A program made the translations under genes and the position numbers. Source: Octopus vulgaris (taxonomy: Eukaryota). From it: 64,000 nucleotides of DNA. Positions 54,489 to 64,000 of the stretch are shown here, one piece after another (position 1 is the first letter of the stretch; every line of letters begins with the position of its first letter). The stretch is from NCBI GenBank assembly GCA_951406725.2, contig OX597817.1, forward strand, positions 51,832,001 to 51,896,000, written 5' to 3'. Under the pieces are notes generated by a model that was not told the DNA's origin, searched no databases, and saw nothing but the letters and a program-made list of their open reading frames with translations.

Positions 54489-54624
54489 TTATACAAATAT
54501 ATGTTTCATATACACACCATCGTATGTATACATGCACATATACATACATATATACATATTATATTCATATATCTGCATATATGCATATGTATGTATATAT
54601 GTATGTACGGCAGTGCCTGTGTGG

Positions 54625-54656
<32 letters not shown>

Positions 54657-54761
54657 ATGTAAATGTTAATATTTCAGCATATGTTTATGCACATTTATAC
54701 ATATATGCACATATATACATATAATTATACATATATACATATATTTTCATACAGATATCCC

Positions 54762-54849
<88 letters not shown>

Positions 54850-55382
54850 AATAGCATCGCTACAAGTTTTTCCCCACCCCTCCTCCGTTTCTTCTCTCTT
54901 TCCCTTTCTTTCGTTCCCCCTCCTTGCTCAGTATATGAGAATTGCTACATAGATGAATTTTAGCTTGCGTGCGAGACGGTTTGCGTGAATATATGTACAC
55001 ATGCTTTTATGTGTATAATTTAGATTCATATTCATACGTCTGTATATGTATGTATGGCGTTTACGCGCATCCTTTTGTGTATGTTGATATATATATGTGG
55101 ATTTTTATATAAATATGTATTGCAGTATTTATAACAGGTTTAATTTCTATGCATTAATTTGTACTGTCTTCATTAACGGCAACAGGTTTTTTCCTCGGTA
55201 TTTTCCTCGGATTTTATAATTTTTATAAGTTTTTATATATATATACATATATTTTTGACCTTTTTGTTTATCGCTCGAAGATTGACCGTTTTTTTCTAAA
55301 GGGCCAATCAAACAAGTCCATTTCTTTTTAAAGGTGTAGCGTTTGTAAGAGTATAGATTGAATTAATATATATGTTCCATTC

Positions 55383-55438
55383 TAGCAAAAACTGTCTGAT
55401 GAACGGCAACGAGAAACTCAGAGTAACAGATTTTGTTG
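55383..55438 (+). ncRNA. Minimal type I hammerhead ribozyme motif
   Basis: agcaaaa-a-ctgt-CTGATGA-a-cg-gcaa-cg-a-GAAACTC-a-GAGTA-acag-a-ttttgtt. Canonical core, GNRA loop, extended stem I; AATAAA and (TA)n follow. Confidence 0.85.
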
Positions 55439-56180
55439 AATTTTCTGCTGCTTAAAATAAAGTATATATATATATATATATATGGTATATGTGGATATAT
55501 GGAGCGAGAGAGAGAGAGAGATAGAGAGAGGGGGGAGAGGTGAATTGTTGTAAAATTGTATTTGCAGCACATGACCATATAATGAAATAAATAAATTTGT
55601 CTGGAGACAGTATTTAGACATTAGCGAACTAATAATATCACCGTTTATCTGTTGCTCGCCATAATCTCTAACATGAAAGGTCACAACTAGCTACGTGCTT
55701 AACATGTGATGAGCAGCTGAACAAGCTCCCATCAGGCCCGTCTGTGAAGAACGGTTGTTGTGCAAGTAATATAACAACACACGGACACAGATACGCAAAT
55801 AGAAATTTATTCGCGCCTGTGTGTAGATGTATATACATATATACATGCATACGTATTTGCCTGTATATATATATACACATATATATATATGTATGTATAC
55901 ATATATATACACATATATATATTTTACTTCAGTCTGGGGCTTTTCATATCACCACTCCTGTATGTGCCTTTGTCCCTGTTATTGGCCCTTTTGGCGTATA
56001 TAGGCGAGAAGAAAATGGAGGACAAATAACAAACAGATGTGTGTCTGTTGCGCTAGTAAGCCATTATTTAATTAGTAAATATAGGTGAGAGGGTGAGATT
56101 GAAGTTGTTTACGATCATTTCTGTTTTAACATGGTGAGGAAAACACCTCTAACTTATACCTGTATGTATATATATATACA

Positions 56181-56693
56181 TCTATATATATAAAACTGTA
56201 GTTGTGTGAGTGTCTGTCCCCTTCGATTTAGATTCCTAACTACTCCCACATTTTGCGGTGTAGTTTAACCAAATTCGGGTATCTTATAGTCGTGATTCAT
56301 ATCGAGCCCGTCTGGGTATTAGCGCGCGCCTACGATGAGTCTACGATTTTAAAAATAATTTAACATCATTTTTTATTCCATTTTAATGCATAATTTTTCG
56401 TGTGTCGATGGCGGTGGAGTTGGCGTCCATGGTCACACCTGCACCTGTTTTCTTCTCCCCCTTCTTCCCTCCCTCGTGAAGCTGTGGGGAAGGGAGTGTA
56501 AGGAAATCAACGTCGTAAAGCGTTGTCAAGGAGACCAGCGTTCTTTTAGAACAACGACTTCATGGCTTGAAGACACCAAAACAGAAATGGCTAAGAAAGC
56601 CCGAATTGGCATCTATAAGGGAAGTAACTCTCTAAAAATGCTTATATAGTTATTTCCCTTACAAACCCGAGCAACGCCGGGCGATACTGCTAG
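56181..56693 (+). mobile_element. Complete non-autonomous Helitron
   Basis: 5' TC, 3' hairpin cccg-agcaacgc-cggg, terminal CTAG, inserted between A and T, no TSD. Confidence 0.85.
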
Positions 56694-57037
56694 TATATAT
56701 ATATATATAGGAAAAATTCACGAAAAAAAAACAAAAGACGAAGACAGGTGGTGTAGAAAACAAACAGATGTATTAGTATAACGCTCAGGAATTGAAAAAG
56801 GTCTTTTACGCTTCGAGCCTACGCTCTTCCACAGAAAGGAACACAAAGAGAAACAAGGAGAGAAAAAAATCATATATAACTATATATATATATATATGAT
56901 TAATGACGAGAATCTTTATTTATTTGTGTGTGTATCTGTGTGTGCATATGTATTTGTGTGCGTATGTATGTTTGTGTGAACGTGTATGTTTGTGTGAGTG
57001 TGGATGTATATTTGTGCGTGTGGTTATGTTTGTACGT

Positions 57038-57088
<51 letters not shown>

Positions 57089-57119
57089 GAAACCTCTCTG
57101 GAACCACATTCAAAACATA

Positions 57120-57354
57120 CCTATTTCTTTATTACCCACAAGGGGCTAAACACAGAGGGGACAAACAAGGACAGACATAGGTATTAAGTCGATTATATCG
57201 ACCCCAGTGCGGAACTGGTACTTAATTTATCGACCCCGAAAGGATGAAAGGCAAAGTCGACCTCGGCGGAATTTGAACTCAGAACGTAACGACAGACGAA
57301 ATACCGCTAAGCATTTCATCCGGCGTGCTAACGTTTCTGCCAGCTCGCCGCCTT
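57120..57354 (-). mobile_element. SINE family B monomer with 14-bp TSD
   Basis: attcaaaacatacc at 57108-57121 and 57358-57371. Confidence 0.9.
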
Positions 57355-57806
57355 AATATTCAAAACATACCATTCCGACAAATTTACAATTCCAAATTAA
57401 AAAGTTTGGAATTGTAAATCCAATGCCAAAGTAGCACCGAAAAAGTGTGTGTGTGTGTCTTTGTGCCTGTGTTTGTGCTCCATTATCACCGACAACCGAT
57501 GTTGGTGTGTTTATGTCTTAATAACTGAGCAGTTTGGCAAAAGTCACCGATAGAATAAGTACCAGACTCAAAAAAAAATGATAAGTGCTGGGTGGTGGCG
57601 AGGAAGTCGATTCGTTTAAGTAAAAGTTCATGAAAGCGGTCCCCCAGCATGGCCACAGTCCAATGGCTGAAACACGTAACAGATAGAAGCTAAACGACGC
57701 TCGAGCGCCTAATAATTGCTCACACGATCACGTGTCACATTTGATATTTCTCTCAATCCTGATGCAATGCAGCAGATAAATGTATTTGTGCATAGACATG
57801 TGTGTG

Positions 57807-57840
<34 letters not shown>

Positions 57841-58584
57841 ATGAGAGAGAGAGAGTATGTACACTTGTGTGTGTGAGAGAGAGAGAGTATGTATGTTTGT
57901 GTGTGTCGGCGAGTGTGTGTATGTTGCGTGTGTGTGTGTGTGTATTTGTGTGAAAGAGAGAGAGTATGTATATTTGTGTGTGTCGGCGAGTGTATGTGTT
58001 TGTGTGTGTGTGTGTGTGAGTATGTATACTTTTGTGTGTGTGTAAGAGTATATATGATTGTGTGTGGCTGCGAGTGTATGTGTTTGTGTGTGTGTATGTG
58101 TGTGTATGTGTGCGTCTGTGTGGGTGCGTATTTGTGCGTGCGTATGTGTTAGTGCGTATGTATGTTTGCGTATGTGTGTGTGTGTGCATGTTTGTGAGTG
58201 TCTCTGTCTGTGTGCGTCTGTGTGTGTGCATGTGTGTATGTATGTTTTTGTATGTGCGTGTGTGTATGTGTGTGTGTGTGTGAGTATGTTTGTGTGGACG
58301 TGTATGTGTGTGACTGTATTTGTGCGTGTGGGTATGTTTATGTGTGTGTGTCCGTGTGTGCATGTGTATTTGTGTGTTTTTGTGCGCTTGTGTGTTTATT
58401 TGTGTGTGTGTGTGTGTATGGAAACCTTTCTGGACCACATTCAAAACATGCCATTCCGACTGATTGGCCATATTCCATTTGCCAACACAGTCCAACCATC
58501 AGCGAGCAGACGATGCACTGTTTATAGTCTTGCTTTAGGCTGGACAATTACTACAACTCTCTTTCGATCTATCTATTTCCCTCC

Positions 58585-58667
58585 TTCTCAATCTCTCTCT
58601 CTCTCTTACTCCCTTTATTTCTCTTTCTCTATACATATATATGTCTCGCGTTCTGTCTCTCTTTTGT

Positions 58668-58699
<32 letters not shown>

Positions 58700-58891
58700 C
58701 CTCTCTACATATATATCTATCTCTGTATATCTCACCCTTTCTGTCTCTTACTTTCTCTTTCCTTTTTTTCTTCGGCTCTTTCGCTCTTCCGTTCTTCTTT
58801 CTCTTTCTCCTTTTCTCCCTCTTTCTCTCTCTCTTTTCATTTTCAAACCTCTTTCTTTCTCTCTCACTTTCTATCTCTGCCTTTCTTTCTT

Positions 58892-58922
<31 letters not shown>

Positions 58923-59290
58923 GTTTCCCTTTATTCTTTTCTCTCTTTCTTTCTCCCCTTTTACCTCTCACTTTCTCACTCTCACTGTTTCCCTTTCTCT
59001 CTCACCGTCTCTCTCTCACGTCTCTCTCCTCCTCTCTCTCACCGTCTCTCTGTCTCTCCTACCGTCTCTCACACATTCTCTCCCCCTCTCTATCTCTCTC
59101 ACTGTCTTTCTCTCCTTCTCTCTCTCACCGTCTCTCTCATCGCCTCTTTCTCCCTCTCCCTCACCGTCTCTCTCTTGCCGTCTCTCTCTCTCTTACCGTC
59201 ACTCTCTCCCTTTCCTTCTCTCTCTCACCGTCTCTCTCCCCTCCCCCTTCCCCCTATTTCTCTCCCTATCTCCCCCTCTCTTCCCTTCGA
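58585..59290. repeat. CT-rich low-complexity tract with ctcaccgtctct subunits
   Basis: Direct reading. Confidence 0.9.
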
Positions 59291-60566
59291 ACCAAACAAA
59301 ATTCCCCCATTCACTTCACCCGTCTCTTTACATTCCGTTATAAATTTTTATATTTCGGAAAGACACGCACATGGAACACTTCGCTGTACAAAACAACCAG
59401 CCCAGAACAATGTTCCGTGAAACACTTTTTCCATCACCAAAACAACAACCTAAACCCAGGACCGGCAACTCATAAAGTTTTTCCTACGGCGGTTTTCCTA
59501 GTTTTATCTTAGGTTATATTATTTATTTAGGCTTTTCTCTGAGTAAGGGAGAATATAATGATTCAACGTCACTTATACTCAAGTATTATCATTATATCTA
59601 AAACCCTAACTACAGTTATAACGTCATAGAGACATATACGCATGGAACGCTACATCAACGACCATGTATCTTGAATATTTTAATCGTGTCCTTTAAACCG
59701 CTATAAGAAAAACATAAGCTAAGGATTACAGAAATGCATATTTATCTATGCTCAGTGGAAAAACAAACGTGAAGAGAAACATTTCCTTTTAATTATTTTT
59801 ATTATACAAATATAACATTTTATATTTATTTACAATAAGAAAGATAACATAGTCGTGAAGGAAAACGACTATAAATTCCTTAGCTAATTTCTTCTTTCTA
59901 TCTAATACGTTAACCAACAAATCAAAATAGATTTGTGATTAACTTGGACATGGCATAAAAATTTACCGATGCCTCCAAAAGAGTGAGTGACGTGGAGTTA
60001 TGTGACACCAACGAACACTAAAGTCTCTCCCCAAATCCAGGGTTTTTATAACTGCTCAACCTGACCAAAAAGAATCGAAATTCAGGATAAACATTCTTTT
60101 CGAAACTTCTAGAATCTTTATATGAGCAGTTATATTAACCAATGGGAAAAAACGAAAATGATAATTCTTCGGCAAAGACATTACGTCATATTGCCAATTC
60201 GCTCCACATTTCAAAATGGCTAAAATGGTTATTGCTACACAGTCGCAGAGAGCGCCACATATATACTGTGGAAGGTGCCACATCATAACAACATTTCCTC
60301 CTATAATCATTACAACACGATTCTTCCATCTGTTATCTTTTCACTTGTTTCGGTCATTAGACTGCGGCCATGCTGGGGCACCGCGTTGAAGAATTTCCAG
60401 TCGAACGAATCTACCCTAGGACTTATTATTCTTTTGAAGTTCTTGGTACTTATTCTACCGATCTCTTTTGCCGAACCAGTGTTGGTTTGTTTATGGCATC
60501 ATTAACAAAGTAACACTTGTAGTCAAGCAGTGATGGAGGACAAGCACATACACACACGCACACACG

Positions 60567-60600
<34 letters not shown>

Positions 60601-60946
60601 CATACATATATGTATATATATATATATACATACATATATATATGTATATGTATATATATATATGTATATGTATAAAGTGAGATAGGGGTTATGAGTGTAA
60701 CCCACTATGGGATATCATTTATCCAATATACTGCCAGTAAAGTACCCAGAAAGGCTATTTATATGTATTATTCTTATGGTATTATTTTACTTATTGATGT
60801 ATATTGTTTTATTCTGTTTTATTCTGTTGGATTTGGATGTTCCTATTTAATCTAAATAATTAGTTAATAAATTATATGAATTGGTATTATCTGGTAGTTG
60901 ATGATTGAAAGAAATCTATTCCTCCATTTTCTCATTTTGTATTATG

Positions 60947-61002
<56 letters not shown>

Positions 61003-62679
61003 CATATACACAAGTTAACAAACACAACAAACTAGAATAGATTTCTTTTCGATGATGAATTATCATGAAATGACGTCACAATTCGACGTTAGGGCTGTCA
61101 GCATTTTGACTTCATACATAACCTCTGGAATAGATGAAGTCAGTTTAAACATAATACTTCATATCATCTTTGTTTATTTTTCTTCTGGGATATCGATATT
61201 TCATTTTATGATATTACATTTATTTTATTTTACATTTTATTCTTTAATATATTTACTTATTTTCACAGAGAACGGTCACATGTCGAAGAACTCCGCTAAG
61301 ATATTTTTTCTGCGATTGCATTACGAGGAAAAAATAAATTGTGGATTTTTAATTTCTTGTCTTTTTGTTTTATCTTTATTTTATTTTTCTCTTTATCAAC
61401 AAAGAATTTTCGAACGCTTGAGATTTCTACCCAACTAACATGGTGTAAAAAATAAGATTCTTCCTCGAGCGTTTTTGCTTTATACAAATATTTTTGTAAA
61501 CTTCCATCTTGGTTTGATCATTATTGGCTTCAATATGGCCACGTCTGAGACTCTGAGGCAGCGGGAGGAGGTGCTAGTCGCAAAGTTTGTTATTACACAT
61601 ACGCCGCATTTTTTAATACACGAAAACAGATTTTAAAAAGATAAACAGAAAATGAAACAAAGTTATAAACACTAGTTAAAATTTAATAAACGAAAACTCA
61701 GACTTGCACGACATAAACAAAAGTAGAAAAAACACAAACAACAATAACTAATTCTTTCCTAGCGCAGCTAACCAAAAAGAAATATTGGACATGGGTCAGC
61801 TCTTGACAAAAGTAGAAGCGTGGCAAAGGAGCGTGACAAAAACAAGTACCCCCTTGCCCGGAGACGGCAATCAGGAATGTAACATACTCCTATTTTTCAA
61901 AAATAGACATGGCTTCATATGCCTTCGGAAGAAGAGTTGAAAGAAGTCCTGGGTTATATGGCAGGATTTGAGCCCCATTGATCCGATATGGGCTAACGAA
62001 AGTTCCTGCCTAATTTTTAAGACCGAGTGTGAAAGGAGACAGGGAGAGTTGATACATTGCTAAATACGAGTTTCACGTTGATAGATATTAGTAGTGACGT
62101 TGGCATAAGACTTGCCACCACCTTTTCAGCATTTTACAGACGAGTGGTGCATGCAAGTGACCAGTAACAACATGTGGTCGAGTGGAGTCTCTATGGACAC
62201 CCAGGTTCCGATGACCTCGAATACCACAGATTATTCCGACTTTATACTTCATTGAGGGCGAGATGTCAATCAGGTTCTGCGATTTCCCAGGCACGTAAGA
62301 ACAATCCTATCACAGTAGACTTCCAGTTTTTTGTCATCTTCCTTGTAGTGTATGGCTGTGGTGGTATGTGCAGTGAGTTTTTGAGTGCAAGTATGGATAG
62401 AGAGCAGAGGTGTGATGGGAGAATGCACGGAGAGGGGTGAGAAGTTGGGTAAATGAAGGGGGAGCAAGCTGGGGGAGGAAAGATACCAAAGAGAGTGACG
62501 GGGGAGATGTAAGGAGACAGACAGGAAACCTGAGGCAGAGAAGGGGCAGAGAAGAGATTGAGAGAGAAGCAGAGATGAGGGCAAGGTAGGTATCCAGGGG
62601 AGAAAATGGGCAGATAACGGTGGGGAAATGGTTTGTACGTGTTGGTGGATGGAGACAGGGGAGGGGGATTAAGTAGGAG

Positions 62680-63400
62680 TGAGAGAGAGGGGAACAGAGA
62701 GTCTAGAATATTTGTTAATAAGAGCGAAGTTGTGGAGAGAAAAGAGTGAGAGGAAGAAAGGATATATATTTGGAGAAAGTGAGAGAGGGGAGAGAGAAAC
62801 TAGATACATATTGAATCTAGTACAGAGAGAGGAGTATGTATCGCTAGTGTTTGAGTGAGAAAGTGTGTAAAGTGGGTGGAGATAGGGGGATGGGGAGTGA
62901 GTGAGAGTGAGAGAGAGAGGAAGAGACTAGAATATTTGTAAATAAGAGTAGTTGTGGAGAGAAAAAGAGTGAGAGGAAAAAAGTATATATATTTGGAGAG
63001 AGTGAGAAGGCGAGAGAGAGAGAGACTAGATACACATTTACTTTAGTACAGAGGAGGAGGAGGAAGAGGAGGAGGTGTCGCTAGGGTCTGAGTGAGATGT
63101 AAAAGTCTTTCAAACAAGGCGAAGTGATGGACAGAAGAAAAAAATAGAAAAAATGATATATATTTGGAGAAAGTGAAAGTGAGGGGAAGAGAGATACTAC
63201 ATACGCATTGATTCTAGCGCAAAGAGAGAGGGGGTGGAGTATGTATCGTTAGTGTTTGAGTGAGAGAGTAAGTCAGTAAATATATTTGGAAAAAGTGAGA
63301 GAGAGGGAGAGAGAGAGACTAGATATACATTGATTCTACTATAAAGAGAAAGAGTGGGGGAGGTATCATTTGTTTGTAAGTGAGAGGAGTATATATATTT
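62680..63400. repeat. Degenerate GA-rich tandem repeat, ~200-bp unit x3-4
   Basis: Recurrent tatatttggagaaagtgaga..actagatac..gtatcg.tagtgtttgagtgag. Confidence 0.75.
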
Positions 63401-63473
63401 ATAATTAAAAGCAAAGTGATTGGAAGTTACATGAGATATATATATTCCATATATATATATATATATATATATA

Positions 63474-63634
63474 TAAATGGAGTTTAACGCAGGTATAAAT
63501 CAAATACTTTTACTTCCGACACATGTTTCGAAGATTTCACTGATATTATTCAAAAGATTAAATGGTATAAATCAATGCAATCTTCTCTTCTATTTTTCCG
63601 TGTTAATTGTTAACAAGGGGAAAATACACTCATC

Positions 63635-63640
<6 letters not shown>
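63474..63640. mobile_element. Miniature inverted-pLTR remnant of the Naiad-like family
   Basis: 63474-63590 matches 12290-12398 (minus-strand pLTR). 63592-63640 matches the plus-strand tail 15103-15150. (TA)n lies on both sides. Confidence 0.75.
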
Positions 63641-63700
<60 letters not shown>

Positions 63701-64000
63701 ATATTATATTATATTATATTATATTATATTATATATATGGCTAAAAACAATTCGAAAAGCAAACTATAATTTATCACAAAATCAGACCGCTGGCACAAAA
63801 TGGGGGCTTAGTAAGCACAGTGCTGTTAATAACCTAGCGGAAAATTCGGTCGTATAAAAACAACGACATATTCTATTCTAATTGTTATTCCATGTGATAG
63901 TGGAACAGCTAGCTCCCTCTGAATGATTTCCAGACAACAGAAAAGCGTCATTTTTTTACAACAATATTTACCTTCAACTAACTCGATCTTTACGCAAGTC

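Noticed and set aside
58058-59512. 484-aa ORF
   Set aside because: Composed of (TG)n and (CT)n low-complexity sequence.
61071-61078. Perfect CRE motif TGACGTCA
   Set aside because: A single 8-mer is expected by chance in 64 kb.
62088-62584. Short ORFs in more complex sequence
   Set aside because: No recognisable motif and no consistent exon structure.

Overview
AT-rich, microsatellite-saturated eukaryotic DNA with no recognisable host protein-coding exon, rRNA, true tRNA or CRISPR array. Most ORF-track entries are translations of simple repeats. The SINE families and repeat landscape suggest an octopus/coleoid cephalopod genome (inference). The window is a mobile-element patchwork. It holds three tRNA-headed SINE families with many copies, nesting and TSDs; a 5'-truncated CR1-group LINE with an open RT ORF (29091-31084, -); a 5'-truncated Neptune-type Penelope-like element (PLE) with open RT + GIY-YIG ORF (22102-23437, -); fragments of Naiad-like and other PLE endonucleases; R4/Dong and RTE LINE 3' remnants; non-autonomous Helitrons; and MITEs. 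The most striking unannotated layer is a dense set of more than 15 hammerhead-ribozyme (HHR) motifs from several PLE/retrozyme-like families. These include covarying stems and non-canonical cores (U3-A8, A6U, A9C). Many sit in head-to-head inverted pseudo-LTR insertions inside (TA)n tracts (13456-14675, 23588-26350, 34554-35475, 63474-63640), where only one arm carries a 3' tail. The CR1-group LINE 3' end also matches the 3' tail of the most abundant SINE, pointing to a LINE/SINE partner pair. Coordinates were read by eye and may be off by a few bases.
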